Program-made: the position numbers and the translations under genes
The notes under the pieces: model-generated
Seen by the model: only the letters and a program-made list of their open reading frames with translations
What the model was told of the DNA's origin: nothing
Database searches by the model: none
NCBI GenBank assembly: GCA_002269645.1
Contig: NIVC01000952.1
Coordinates: 1-64,000 of the forward strand
Source: Macrostomum lignano
Taxonomy: Eukaryota
Reading direction: 5' to 3'
Length of the DNA: 64,000 nt
Shown here: one piece after another, positions 10,901-25,900 of the stretch
Numbering within the stretch: the stretch's first letter is position 1
Layout: each line of letters opens with the position of its first letter

Positions 10901-13900
10901 GAGGAGGGAGAGGGAGAGGATGGAGAGGAAGGAGAGGAGGGAGAGGAGGGAGAGGATGGAGAGGAAGGAGAGGATGGAAAGGAGGAGAGAGGATGGAAAG
11001 GAGGAGAGAGGATGGAAAGGAGGAGAGAGAGAGAGGAGGGAGAGGATGGAGGAGCGAGAAAAATGAAGACATCGATAGCAAGAGGTGATAATTAACAAGC
11101 AGATATTAAGTGTTTAAAAACCCAACATAAAGGTGAACACGCAGATCACAGCAAGCTAGCAGCGGGCCAATTGCGCCAGACGCAATGTTTCCGCAGCGAG
11201 TTTCAGAGCCGCGAATGACCAGAGCCCGAAATCGGCCGGACCGCCGCAAAAATGGAGATTTCTGCTACCAATTAAAACAAAACTGACAGACTTTTCTCTT
11301 CGAAAAGCAGACAGCGCCGGCAGAAGTCGAGTTGCATTTCTTTGCTTTACATTTTCGGAAATGCTTTCACAGACGTTACCGGAGACACAGTTTCTAACAG
11401 CAAATCTAGACAGGGCACACAATGGATAAGGGAAGAATTCCTGGCCTAGGAAAGAGGCGTCCGATTCAGGGGAAAGAGGCGACCGAGCCACGGAGCTCTC
11501 GGCCTGGGGTCTGGAATGCCAGCTCCTTAGACCTGGGTTTGTGTTACATGATGCATCAAATATTAATATCAATAGCGTTTTAATCCTTATTGGGATTCTT
11601 AAGATTTCAAGACTATCAATTGTCGAACATTGTACTTGCAAACATGGAGTTCCCCCTCCTCTCTCTCCTCTCTCTCTCTTCTCTCCCACCTCTCTCTCCT
11701 CTCCTCTCCTCTCCCCTCCCACCTCTCTCTCCTCTCCCTCTCTCCTCTCCCTCTCTCCTCTCCCTCTCTTCTCTCCCACTCTCTCTTCTTTATCTCCTCT
11801 CCCTCATTTCTCTGCAGACTCTTGCAACTTCTTCGGTACAGAGAGGCTCAACAGTGTATAGAGTTGGGTGGAGACGCTGCTGTTTCATTTTGTCAAACAT
11901 TTGAACAGATGCGAACTGGCACTCTGTGCGGAACCGAACCCGGCTAACTCGGTGACAAGTTTGCATGCCAGACTCCAGATGCATGGAATCTAGGCGTCCA
12001 TGGTGCACTTTTCCTTAGCCGTGTTTCTGCCGCAAATTCAACACAGACAGACCCAGATTTTGGAGTGACAGCTGACACGGGACCAGCGCTAAGGCATGGG
12101 AATACGGGATCTCTAAACACGCAGGAAGGGGATAAGACTGCGCAGAAAGCACGGGATTAGGCCTGGGATCGAGCACACCAGCTGTACACTGCAGGCTTGA
12201 GCTGAGTCAGTCGAAAGTGAGGTTAGAGAAGAAATTCACGCCAATGCAGAACTGCAGCCGGTGCTCCGGGCCCCGCTATTTCGATACCATAATTTTCCTG
12301 TCAGTTCTTGCGCATTTAGGCTCGGCGCTGCATCGGCAAGAGAGGAGCGGCCCCGAAACCGGACACTGTGCACTGCTTCTTTTGAACCCTCAAGCTTAGC
12401 TTATCTATAAACTAACCCTGTGCCATGGCGCAGGGACTGCGAAACTCCACGAAACCTGGACTGGAAGTGAGCTTCACAAACTGGAATCTTCACAAACTGG
12501 ATCCTTCACAAACTGGAATCTTCACAAACTGGAATCTTCACAAACTGGAATCTTCACAAACTGGAATCTTCACAAACTGTAATCTTCACAAACTGGAATC
12601 TTCACAAACTGGAATCTTCACAAACTAGAATATTCATAAACTGGAATCTTCACAAACTAGAGCCTTCACAAACTGGAATCTTTACAAACTGGAATCTTCA
12701 CAAACTGGAATATTCACAAACTGGACCCTTCACAAACTGGAATCTTCACAAACTGGAATCTTCTCAAACTGTGAATGCACTGTAATCTTCACAAGCTGGA
12801 ATCTTCACAAACTAGAATCTTCACAAAAAGGAACCTTCGGAACTTCGAAACTTCACATCATAGAAAACATTAACCACTTTATATTTGAAACTGTGGCCCT
12901 GCTCCCAGTCCAGGGAAGGTCTAGAAGTCCTGCGTGCACAGACTGAGTGAAATATTACCCCAACCCCCGTCTTTGGCATTCAGGCGCGCAAAGCTAAAAA
13001 TGCAAGGGCTGGTCCGCTCCGCCTTTTAATGGCCGCCTCCCATGAAACACGCCTCGCGGTTAAAAGTCAAAGTCAAAGTTACGAGAAATGAATGCAGATT
13101 TAATCCTTGCTAAATGGGAAATGTAAAAGGATAGCATTTGGGAGATAAGACACAGGACCAATCATTTTTATGCAGGTTGCGTGCACTTAGGGCAGGGAAA
13201 TCGATCCGTAAAAATGCGACATAAAAGCTTGTTACTTTGTTAAGCCGTTGATCTACTGGTAATCGGTGCCCAAAATAACTAACCGATACCCAAAGCCAGA
13301 CAGCCGATACCCAAAGACAGGTGCTCGATACCCAAAGACAGGTGCCCGATACCCAAAGACAGATACCCTATACCCAAAGACATGCGCTCGATACCCAAAG
13401 ACAGGTGCCCGAAACCCAACGACAGGTGACCGATACTCAAAGACAGACAGACGATACGCAAAGACAGACACCATATACCCAAAGACAGGTGCCCGATACC
13501 CAAAGACAGATACCATATACCTAAAGACAGGTGCCCGATACCCAAAGACAGATACCCTATACCCAAAGACATGCGCTCGATACCCAAAGACAGGTGCCCG
13601 ATACCCAAAGACAGATACCCTATATCCAAAGACATGCGCTCGATACCCAAAGACAGGTGCCCGAAACCCAACGACAGGCGACCGATACTCAAAGACAGAC
13701 AGACGATACGCAAAGACAGACAACCAATACCCAAAGACAGACAACCAATACCCAAAGACAGACAACCAATACCCAAAGACAGACAACCGATATTCAAAGA
13801 CAAGTACCTGATGCCTAAAGACAGATACCTGAAAAGACAGGTGCCCGATACCCTAAGACAAATACCTAATACCAAAAACGCAGTACCCAAAGACTTGCTA

Positions 13901-16900
13901 CTGGATTGGAACCCGCTACCCACAAACCAATACCCGGTAACCGACACTCCGGAGTGAAGCTGTGAAACTCCATCCGCAGGCTGCATTTGCTCAGAGTTTC
14001 ATCAACCCCCCCTTTCAGAGTGCCGCCGTTCCTCACCGTCAGCTCTGCCGAGGCAGTCAGCCGTGGCTGGCCGTTGTCCTCGCAGACCGCCGTCAGCCGC
14101 CAGGAGGCCGCCAGCTCCCGGTCCAGCGGCCGGTTCAGCACCAGCTGCCCAGTATGCGCCACCACGGCCAGGGGAGGTGAGCCGGAATCCGCAGGCGTTG
14201 CCATGGCAACCAGGCTGATAGAAACCAGCGGGCCGGATTCCGGGTCCGAGCAGACCAGCCGGCCAACTCGGCTGCCCGGCTTGGCGTCCTCCGGCACGGC
14301 CAGTTGCCATGGTGACGAGGAGCTGTCGAGTTGCTCGCCGGCCGGCAGCAGCCGCAGAGTCGGCGGCCGCCGGTTTATCGACACGGCGGTCACGCGCACA
14401 GTGGCGAAGTCGCTGGCCGCGGAGTCGGCGGTGTCGGGCCCGGCCCGGACTGCGAACACGTGGTCGCCGCGCCGGCTGATCGGCTGCCTGCAGATGACCG
14501 GCGGGGATGGTGGGACCGCTTAGAGCCACAAACCCGGCATTGATTCAGATATCCCACACCCCACACACCTGAGATAGACTCCGCCGTCCCACACCCCACA
14601 CACCTGAGATAAACTCCGCCGTCCCACACTCCAAATCCCACACCCCACACACCTGAATCAGACTCCGCCGTCCCACACCCCACACACCTGAGATAAACTC
14701 CGCCGTCCCACACCACAAATCCCACACCCCACACACCTGAGTCAGACTCCGCCGTCCCACACCCCACACACCTGAGATAAACTCCGCCGTCCCACACCAC
14801 AAATCCCACACCCCACACACCTGAATCAGACTCCGCCGTCCCACACCCCACACACCTGAGATAAACTCCGCCGTCCCACACCACAAATCCCACACCCCAC
14901 ACACCTGAGTCAGACTCCGCCGTCCCACACCCCACACACCTGAGATAAACTCCGCCGTCCCACACCACAAATCCCACACCCCACACACCTGAATCAGACT
15001 CCGCCGTCCCACACCCCACACACCTGAGATAAACTCCGCCGTCCCACACCACAAATCCCACACCCCACACACCTGAGTCAGACTCCGCCGTCCCACACCC
15101 CACACACCTGAGATAAACTCCGCCGTCCCACACCACAAATCCCACACCCCACACACCTGAATCAGACTCCGCCGTCCCACACCCCACACACCTGAGATAA
15201 ACTCCGCCGTCCCACACCACAAATCCCACACCCCACACACCTGAGTCAGACTCCGCCGTCCCACACCCCACACACCTAAGATAGACTCCGCCGTGCTCAT
15301 CCAACCGGAACAACCGTCGCGCCTCATCGGCGTCCCGGTCGGTGCCGACAATCCGCAGGCCGCTGCCGCCGCCACCAGCGCCACCGTCAAACTCCAGCCG
15401 GCCGATGGGCTTGGAGGACGCGGCGGCCTCGCCGGAGGCGGGCACGGAGAAGGCGAACAGCGGCCGGGAGAATCTCAGCCAACCAGCTGGCGGCTCAACG
15501 ATGACGGAGAGATTCTGCGACACTGAGTGCAACGAGTCGCTGGCGGTGACCTGCAGCAGGTAGAAGCCGGGCGCGGGCCGGTCGGTCAGCCAGAGCTGGC
15601 CAGTGAACAGGCCGATAGCAACCGGCAGCCGGTGTTGCTGTTGCCATGGCAACGCGTGCACACTGTAGGAGATCGGCGGATAGCCGTCGAGGTCGGTGGC
15701 TCGCAGCTGGGCCAAGAGACTGCCGGGCTGGGCAACAGCGGTCGCGAGGTGCACCGGAGGCGGCGGCTGCAGCAGCGGCTTCTGGTTGTTCTTGTTGACG
15801 ATGCGGACAGTCAGGAAGCAGCGGTCGGTCTGCAGCGGGTTGTGCACTGACACGGCCAGCACGGTGACATCGTGCCGGCTGCGGTGGCTGTAGTCAGGCG
15901 GCGATTTCACCAGCACCTGGCCGGAGTCCTCGTCAACGGCGAAGGTGTCGGAGGCGGGGCCGGCCAGGCGGTACTTGACTGGGCTGTCGCAGTCGGCAGC
16001 CGAGGCCCGCGCCACCGGGGCGCCAACCGGAGTCTTCTCCTCCAGCACCGCGGACAGCTCGCGCTGGGCGAACACTGGCGCACAGTCGTCCACGTTCAGG
16101 ACTCGAACTTGGACCGTGGCCAGGGCGGCCTCCTGGCGGCTGGCCAGGCGAGCGGCGACCACCAGCAGGTGCCGCTGGCGGGTCTCGAAATCAGGACGAG
16201 CTGAACCGGCCGCTACCGAGATGCGACCTGGGAGGAGGCAATCAGTAGAGCCACAGGATATACTCAAGAACTGTTATTAGTGATGGAGCGGAGTGGGGGT
16301 GTTGTGCGATTCACATGCCTAACAATTAGAGGGCCGATGTACACCCTGCATGAGCGATTAAAAAGCCTGAGGACGGCTTTTTTATCGTCAGGCATGTTCA
16401 CTCCCTGCGCCTTGGGGCTGGCCCTCATAGCTGGCCAATTTTCGTGAACACAAGCCCCAAATGAATGTGGCCTGCGCACCAGGGGTCGTGGCGCGAAAGT
16501 CGGACGCCTCTTACCGACAGGCAGGCCGAATATCGGCATTGTAAAACCGCATCTTATTATCCTGGCTGCTAAGCCAAGCGGCTTCATAGGCTAATTGTGC
16601 ATGGTCATCTGCATTTGCACTGCCTCGCGGATCACAGAAATTTGTGGGATGATTCTGAATGCACGCCGGCTGCAATTTCATCCTGTTCACCTTGGCAGGT
16701 GGCTCGCTCGGTTGCTCCGAGCATCATTAGTTAGCTATTTACACGGTACTAATGATGTTGGCTGTGCCCATCTGTGGATCATGATTCATTAGTCACCCAC
16801 CGACTACAGCAGTTGTCGCAAACTTTTTACCTTAAGGGCCAGATAAAGTCTTGATGATTGCTGCGGACCAGATGAGAGTGGAAAGGAGATGGAATGGGGG

Positions 16901-19900
16901 AGAGAGAAGAAAGGGGAGATTAGAGATGACAAAATAGTTTGAGAGATGAGATAAAATATAAGAGAGAGAAGTGAGGAGAGATGAGAGGAGATAAGAGAGA
17001 TGAGATGAGATGAGATGAGAGAGGAGATTATAGGAGAGGAGAGGAGATGAAAGGAAAGAGGAGATGACATGCGATTAGAGGAGAGAGGAGATGAGATGCG
17101 ATTAGAGGAGAGAGGAGATGAGAGGAGAAAGAAGAGAGGAGATGAGAGGAGAGAGGAGATGAGAGGAGAGAGGAGATGAGAGGAGAGAGAAGAGGAGATG
17201 AGAGGAGAGAGGAGAAGAGAGGAGATGAGAGGAGAGAGGAGATGATATGAGATAAGAGAAGAGAGGAGATGAGAGGAGAGAGGAGATGAGATGCGATTGG
17301 AGGAGAGAGGAGATGAGATGAGAGGAGAGAGGAGATGAGAGGAGGAGATGAGAGGAGAGAGAAGAGAGGAGATGAGAGGAGAGAGGAGATAAGATGAGAT
17401 GAGATGAGAGGAGAGAACTTAGAAGAGACACCAACCTTGAGCGGGCCGGAGTTTGCCGAACCCTGGCCTTGCGGGCTGACCCTCAGCCCGCAGACCCTCA
17501 GACCCTTGCGGGCTGGCCAATTTTCGTAAACACAAGCCCTAAATGAATGTTTAACCCTGGTTAAACTTAATTTAAATAGAATGAAATTATTTTTTTATTT
17601 CTATTTTCTATTCTTAATCTAACATCAAGTCCTACAGCCAAAGGGAGCCACAGAATGACCCTTGCCAATGTTCCACCAGCATGGAGTCATTCAGTCAGTC
17701 AAGCCCTACCCCAACCCACCGCCTTAAGTTCCTGTTTGAAGTGGTTTCAAGTTCCTCCATTTTTGTCCACCCAGCATCCGCTCAGGTTTCTCAGCTCCTC
17801 TCTTTCCAAGCTGAAACTGCCTGACTCACTCTGGCCACAATCTCTACCAGCCACCTGAGAAATAGTGAGCAGTAGTTCTCAACTTTCGGGTTGCAGCCAT
17901 ATGCCTAGCATAGTTGAGTAGGCAGTTAGATCTCTGAGTTCACTCACTACATTGCGTGACTACGAAACTTCGCAGGCATTTTCTCAGATCAGCCCCAAGA
18001 TTGCAACTGTTGTTTTGAGTATTTTGAGTCCGTCTCTCAGCTGGATACATGACAAATTAATGAACAGGCCCACACACACAGCAGTGCGAGCCCGGCTCAT
18101 CCGACTCCCCACCACCGCACTTTGGATAAACACAAACACAAACAGAGAAATACAGACAGGCACAAACCTCATACAAGACTATCCACTATCCAGTTCTACT
18201 CAGTGAAGAAGCAGACCCTAAAATATTAATTAGCTAGATAAAAATTCTTAACCGGCGATTAATTACTTCCAATCCAGATTTCTAGCCTAAGGCGTCCTTG
18301 GCTCAGACTAGGAGCTATTTTTTAATAGTCTTTGTCTGAGCAACAGACAGAGACGGGGGGAGGGGAAACTTGAGAAGCCCGGGAGAGCTTATGAGGCGTG
18401 GGAAACCACTGGGCTGCGGAATCGGGGCGGGATAATGCGGCCCTTTTTCAATAAGCTGCAGGAGCGGAGAACAGAGCGCTGGGAAACTTGGGCAGGATAT
18501 GGGCGGGGGCTGCAGTGTGCTCAGGCAGAAAGAAGCGACTCACTCGGGGCCTTTATAGTAAATAAATTGCACTCTGAAATATAGACGGGCGAAACTTGGA
18601 AAGCAAATTGAAAATTTGCCAAATACAATTGAAATGAAATATAAGTACGAGTTTTAAACTGCTGTGTCAGCACCCTGTAACACTACTGTGTCAGCACCCT
18701 GTAATATTACTGTGTCAGCACCCTGTAACACTACTGTGTCAGCACCCTGTAATATTACTGTGTCAGCACCCTGTAACACTACTGTGTCAGCACCCTGTAA
18801 TATTACTGTGTCAGCACCCTGTAACACTACTGTGTCAGCACCCTGTAATATTACTGTCAGCACCCTGTAACACTACTGTGTCAGCACCCTGTAATATTAC
18901 TGTCAGCACCCTGTAACACTACTGTGTCAGCACCCTGTAACACTACTGTGTCAGCACCCTGTAATATTACTGTCAGCACCCTGTAACACTACTGTGTCAG
19001 CCTCTGTAACACTATCGTGTCAGCCTCTGTAACACTACTGTATCAGCACCCTGTAATATTACTGTCAGCACCCTGTAATATTACTGTCAGCACCCTGTAA
19101 TATTACTGTCAGCACCCTGTAATATTACTGTCAGCACCCTGTAATATTACTGTCAGCACCCTGTAACACTACTGTGTCAGCCTCTGTAACACTACTGTGT
19201 CAGCACCCTGTAACACTACTGTATCAGCACCCTGTAATATTACTGTCAGCACCCTGTAATATTACTGTCAGCACCCTGTAATATTACTGTCAGCACCCTG
19301 TAACACTACTGTGTCAGCCTCTGTAACACTACTGTGTCAGCACCCTGTAACACTACTGTATCAGCACCCTGTAATATTACTGTCAGCACCCTGTAATATT
19401 ACTTTCAGCACCCTGTAATATTACTGTCAGCACCCTGTAACACTACTGTGTCAGCCTCTGTAACACTACTGTGTCAGCACCCTGTAATATTACTGTCAGC
19501 ACCCTGTAATATTACTGTCAGCACCCTGTAATATTACTGTCAGCACCCTGTAATATTACTGTCAGCACCCTGTAATATTACTGTCAGCACCCTGTAATAT
19601 TACTGTCAGCACCCTGTAATATTACTGTCAGCACCCTGTAATATTACTGTCAGCACCCTGTAATATTACTGTCAGCACCCTGTAATATTACTGTCAGCAC
19701 CCTGTAATATTACTGTCAGCACCCTGTAACACTACTGTGTCAGCCTCTGTAACACTACTGTGTCAGCACCCTGTAACACTACTGTATCAGCAACCTGTAA
19801 TATTACTGTCAGCACCCTGTAATATTACTGTCAGCACCCTGTAATATTACTGTCAGCACCCTGTAATATTACTGTCAGCACCCTGTAATATTACTGTCAG

Positions 19901-22900
19901 CACCCTGTAATATTACTGTCAGCACCCTGTAATATTACTGTCAGCACCCTGTAACACTACTGTGTCAGCCTCTGTAACACTACTGTGTCAGCCTCTGTAA
20001 CACTACTGTATCAGCACCCTGTAATATTACTGTCAGCACCCTGTAATATTACTGTCAGCACCCTGTAATATTACTGTCAGCACCCTGTAATATTACTGTC
20101 AGCACCCTGTAATATTACTGTCAGCACCCTGTAACACTACTGTGTCAGCCTCTGTAACACTACTGTGTCAGCACCCTGTAACACTACTGTATCAGCACCC
20201 TGTAATATTACTGTCAGCACCCTGTAATATTACTGTCAGCACCCTGTAATATCACTGTCAGCACCCTGTAACACTACTGTGTCAGCCTCTGTAACACTAC
20301 TGTGTCAGCACCCTGTAACACTACTGTGTCAGCCTCTGTACCACTACTGTGTCAGCACCCTGTAACACTACTGTGTCAGCACCCTGTAACACTACTGTGT
20401 CAGCCTCTGTAACACTACTGTGTCAGCACCCTGTAACACTACTGTGTCAGCACCCTGTAACACTACTGTGTCAGCCTCTGTAACACTACTGTGTCAGCAC
20501 CCTGTAACACTACTGTGTCAGCCTCTGTACCACTACTGTGTCAGCACCCTGTAACACTACTGTGTCAGCACCCTGTAACACTACTGTGTCAGCCTCTGTA
20601 ACACTACTGTGTCAGCCTCTGTACCACTACTGTGTCAGCACCCTGTAACACTACTGTGTCAGCACCCTGTAACACTACTGTGTCAGCACCCTGTAACACT
20701 ACTGTGTCAGCACCCTGTAACACTACTGTGTCAGCACCCTGTAACACTACTGTGTCAGCACCCTGTAACACTACTGTGTCAGCACCCTGTAACACTACTG
20801 TGTCAGCACCCTGTAACACTACTGTGTCAGCACCCTGTAACATTACTGTCAGCACCCTGTAACACTACTGTGTCAGCACCCTGTAACACTACTGTGTCAG
20901 CAAGAAGCCTCACCAGACTCCGAGTTGATGCAGAACAGGCCGTCCTCGTTGCCACCAACGATGTCGTAGAGAACATCCTCAGCGTCGCCACCTTCAACCC
21001 GAGCTGTCACCATCAGGCACTGAGCAGTGCCGGCCGCAGTCAGGCAGGTGCCCGCCGCGGAGTTCTCGGCGATGCTGCCGGTAAAGTTTCGGTCGAACAG
21101 CAGCGCCGGCTTGGATGTCGCCGGCAGCAGCAGAATGGCGGTCTCGGCCGTCAGGGCAGCCGGAAGGCCGGAGTCGGACGCGCGCACTCGAATCAGTCGG
21201 GAGTTCGGCAAGGCCGACTGTCCGAGACTGACCAGGCCGCTATCCGGATCCACAGTGACGGCGTGGCTGGCGCTGTCCGGCTCGGCCAGGCTGTAGGTCA
21301 GGCGGCTGTTCGCGGCGCTCGAGTCCCGGTCGGTGGCGCGCAGGGTCAGCAGGGGGCCGGGGCCGGCCGGCCGCGCCGAGTAGAAGGCCGACGCGAACTC
21401 GGGCCGGTGGTCGTTCTGGTCCACAATCTCGACGTCAACGCTCACCAGGGCGGACATCGGGTTTACCTGCGCGCAGTGTGCGGGGACAAAGACTCCGGAT
21501 GAATACTGGACAATGCGATCATTGGAAGGGGGCGATTCTATGGGCAATTCTATAGGCGGATAGGGGAGATTCTATGGGCGGATAGGGGGCGGTTCTATGG
21601 ACAGAAAGGGGCGATTCTATGGGCGGATAGGGGGCGGTTCTATGGACAGAAAGGGGCGATTCTATGGGCGGATAGGGGGTGGTTCTATGGGCGGAAAGGG
21701 GCGATTCTATGGGAGGATAGGGGGCGGTTCTATAAGCGGAAAGGGAGCGATTCTATGGGCGGATAGGGGGTGGTTCTATGGGCGGAAAGGGACGATTCTT
21801 TGGGCGGATAGGAAGAGATTCTATGGGAGGATAGGGGCGATTTTATGGGCGGATAGGGGCGATTCTATGGGCAGATAGGGAGAGATTCTATGGGCAGATA
21901 GGGAGAGATTCTATGGGCGGATAGGGGGCGGTTCTATGGGCGGATAGGGGGCGGTTCTATGGGCGGATAGGGGGCGGTTCTATGGGCGGATAGGGTGGGG
22001 GGATTCTATGGTCGGAAGGAGGAGATTCTATGGGGGTAGGGGGAGATTCTATGGGCGGATAGGAGGAGATTCTATGGGGGGTAGGGGGAGATTCTATGGG
22101 CGGATAGGGTGGGGGGATTCTATGGTCGGAAGGAGGAGATTCTATGGGGGGTAGGGGGAGATTCTATGAGCGAATAGGGGCGTTTCTATGAGCGGATAGG
22201 GGCGATTTTATGGGTGGATAGGGGGTCACTATGAAAACTAGTGTGCACCTCGCTGAAGTCGGTGGCGGCCACAGTGATGGACACGAAGGCCAGTTTCTCC
22301 CGATCGACCGGAGTGGCCAGCCGCAGCTCCCCAGTGGCCGGGTGGACGCTGAACAGACCGGCCGCCGCACCTCCGGACTGCGACACGACGCGATAGGCGA
22401 GCCGGTCGCCGTCCTCGCGGTCCCAGGCGGACACGGCGAGCAGCAGGTGGCCGGGCGGGGCGAGCTCGGGCAGGCGGGCCGAGTAGCGGCTCTCCCGGAA
22501 CACCGGGGCGAACCGGTTGGCCGGCAGGACCCGGACCAGCACCAGAGCGGTCCCGGTGCGGCCGCCGCCGTCCGTGGCTACGACGCGAATCCGATGATGA
22601 TAGCGCGGGCTGGCCGGGCCGCGCGGCGGCCTCGGGTAGTCGAGCGCCGAGCAGGACAGGCGGCCGCTGCTCGGGTCGAGGATGAAGCGGCTCAGAGCGT
22701 CATCGCCGTCGATGGAGTAGACAAGCCGGCCGGCGGGGCCGCGGTCGGGGTCGTGCGCGGTCACGGTGATCAAGTCGGCGAAGGCCTGGCCCTCGGGCAC
22801 CTCGGTGAAGTACTCGAGCTCGGCGAACTCCGGCGAGTGCAGATTCTCGTCCTGCAGGCTCACGGTGATGAGGCAGGTGTCCGCCAGCTGGCCGTCGGGC

Positions 22901-25900
22901 TCGCGGAGCAGCCCGGTCACAGAGTAGGAATCCCTGCTGTCCGGATGCAGTGTCCGGGACAACCGAACCTGGCCGGTGGCCGAGTCAACCAGGAACAGGT
23001 CGTCGAACAGGCCGGAGGGCAGGCCGAACCGGTCCGCGGCCGACTGCTGCAGGCGGGACACTCGGGCGGAGCGGCTCCTGGCGGCCAGTTGGGCGACTTC
23101 CTGGCCGGGCGGCGCGGCAGTGGACAGGCTGGCCAGGTAGGCGGGCTGGGAGAAGCCGGCCGAGCCGGACTCGGAGCCATCGGGCAGCAGTGGCAGGCCG
23201 ACAAGGCGCCAGTCCGAGCGAGGCACGGCGCCGGCGTCCTCGACGCTGACGTTGAGTCGCAGCTGCAGCCGATGCTGCGCCGTTGAAGACGCGGCCGCGG
23301 CCGCTGCAGCCGCTGCCGCAGCAGCCGCCTCGGAGCCGGGCACGGCAAGCCGCACCAGGCCGAGCGAGTCGATGCTGACTGCCCGACCGGCCGAAGCGTC
23401 CGCCTTCCAGCGGAACCGAGCAGCCAGTCCGGCCGGGCCCGGGTCCGGGTCGGCCAACTCCAGGTGGCCCACGATGCGGCCGGCCGGGTCGCTGGGCAGG
23501 AAGAAGGCGCCCTCGCCCAGCCGGAACTGCGGCGCCCAGTTGTTAACATCGCGGACGAGTTGGACGCGAAGCACCGCGTGACGCCGCCTGCGACAATCGG
23601 GCGGGCCGGCGCACAGGTCGGTGGCCATCGCGGCCACCTCGAAGCTGTTGTTAGCGGTTGCCATGCCAACCAGGCTGCGCTTGGTGTACAGCTGACCGGA
23701 CACCGGGTGCAGCCAGAGAAAGTCGGCAAGTCGGTCGAATGCCAGGCGGAACCGGACGGTGCCGTTGGGTCCAACGTCGGGATCGGCGGCAGAGAAGCGG
23801 TACAGCGGGGAGCCAGCGGGCAGTGACTCCGGCACGGTCACCGCAGGCGCGGCATCGGCGAACACCGGCCAGTTGTCGTTCTCGTCCAGAACGCGGACCT
23901 CGAGTGCCACCCAGCAGGAGCGGGGCCGGCCGGGGCCTCGCTGAGCCGCCTCAGTCACCAGCACCTGGTAGGCGTGGACTGGGGCCGACTCCCCGTCCAG
24001 CCGGCGGTTCACCAGCACCCGGCCGCTGTCGATGGCCACCGCCACCGCCGAGTCAGCCGGCCGCACCACAGTGAAGTAGGCCGCCGCCTGCGACTCCGTG
24101 AAGATCCGGCCGATCACGTGACCAACGCTGGCGGACTCGCTCACAGCCAAACTGACGCTGCTGTTGCGCCAGCCGTCCGAACGGTCATCGCCACCGACAT
24201 TGTCATTATCGGCATCGACATTGTCGAACGGCACAGTTTGCAGGCTGATGGACGACGAGCCGGTCAGGCCGCCCCCATCGGTGGCCGTCAGCTGGCCGGA
24301 CACGCCGCCACTGTCCAGGTCCGCCAGTTGGCCAGCTACAGAGACAACGCCGGTCACCGGATGGACGGTCAGGAAAGCGGCCGCGGGACCGGACACGGCA
24401 AATCGGGTGTCGCCATTGCTGCCGCCTCCAGATTCGGGTGCGTCAGCGTCTGTGGCGGACACAGTCGCCAGAGCGGCACCAAGCGGCGAGTGGCCGGCCG
24501 CAAGCAGACGGTAGGCCGGCTGTCCGAATGTCGGCGCGGCGTCGTTGACATCGGAGACGAGCACGCAGAGAGGGGCGATGGCGCTGAGAGACTTGGGTGT
24601 GCCAGCGTCGGCCGCCTCGACACTTAGGAGATGCTCCGGTTGGGCCTCCCTGTCCAGCGGCCGCAGAACTCGGACAGCGCCGTCCACCGGGTCGATGCCA
24701 AAGTAGTCGCTGGGCGTTGTAAATCGGAATCGGATGCGCCCGTTGTCGCCGAGGTCCGGGTCGGAGGCTGCCACGCGGCCGACCACCGAGCCGACGGGGG
24801 CGGCCTCGCTGACCAGGAACCAGTAGCCCGCCGGCTGGGACAGCGCGGGCCGGTGATCGTTGGTGTCCCGCACCAGCAGGCGGCGGGTGAAGTTCGAGCA
24901 CAGCAGGTCGGAGTCGCACACCCTGACGGACAGGTCGATGCCGCTGCCGGCGAGGTCGCTGATGCTTCGGCGGACGGTCAGCAGGCCGGTGGACGGCGCC
25001 AGCGACAGCCGCTCGGCGGCGGGGCCCGCCAGCTCGTAGGTGAGGCCGACCGGGCCGCCGTCCGGGTCCTCGCAGGCGAGGCTGTCAATTCGGTCGCCCG
25101 GCCGGAGGTTGTCCGGCACCGACTGGCCGGAAGCGGCGGCGGCGGATGCGGGCCGGCCGCAGTCGGGCGGGTTGTCGTTCTCGTTCAACAGGCCGATGCT
25201 CACCAGCAGGACGGAGGAGCTAGCAATGCCGTCGCAGCTGACTCGAAGGTCGCGAGTTCGCGGCCCGGTCTCGAAGTCCAGGCCGGGCGGCTGCAGCAGC
25301 AGGCTGCCGTTGGGCAGCAGCTGGAAGGGCGGCCGCGGCTCCAGAAGCCGGTAGCCAGAGGGGCAGCCGCCGACCGCCGCCACGGTGAAAATCTCCCGGC
25401 CTGGCGGTTGCCACTCGCTGACGTCCACTTGGAGTCTGGGGGCACGAGTTGGGACTGGAGATTTAGCCTTGGTCGAATCCCACTACTCAAATCCCGCACT
25501 GACTCAAATCCCAAACCGACTCAAATCCCAAACCGACTCAAATCCCACACTGACTAAAATCCCACACTGACTAAAATCCCACACTAACTCGAATCCCACA
25601 GATTCGAATCCCACATTAACTCGAATCCCACACTGACTCGAATCCCACAGATTCGAATCCCACATTAAATCGAATCCCACACTGACTCGAATCCCACAGA
25701 TTCGAATCCCACATTAACTCGAATCCCACACCGACTCGAATCCCACATTAACTCGAATCCCACACTGACTCGAATCCCACAGATTCGAATCCCACATTAA
25801 CTCGAATCCCACACCGACTCGAATCCCACATTAACTCGAATCCCACACTGACTCGAATCCCACAGATTCGAATCCCACATTAACTCGAATCCCACACTGA

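Noticed and set aside
10448-11098. RG-rich, ER-rich and LS-rich ORFs (e.g. 207-aa RGG-like protein)
   Set aside because: Polypurine repeat within ds intron 6; open in most frames simply because it lacks stops.
13253-13986. ORFs with RYPKT and SVFGY repeats
   Set aside because: 21-bp intronic minisatellite artefacts.
17600-18600. Possible retroelement relic in ds intron 4
   Set aside because: No RT, endonuclease or gag motif could be recognised in any frame by eye.
18658-20900. CRISPR-like regular array
   Set aside because: Head-to-tail tandem units with no unique spacers, in a eukaryotic intron; the same applies to all other arrays here.
20609-21502. 297-aa + strand ORF
   Set aside because: Minisatellite translation fused to the antisense of ds exon 4.
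22231-25557. Numerous + strand and alternate-frame ORFs over ds exon 3
   Set aside because: GC-rich antisense or shadow ORFs of the cadherin exon.
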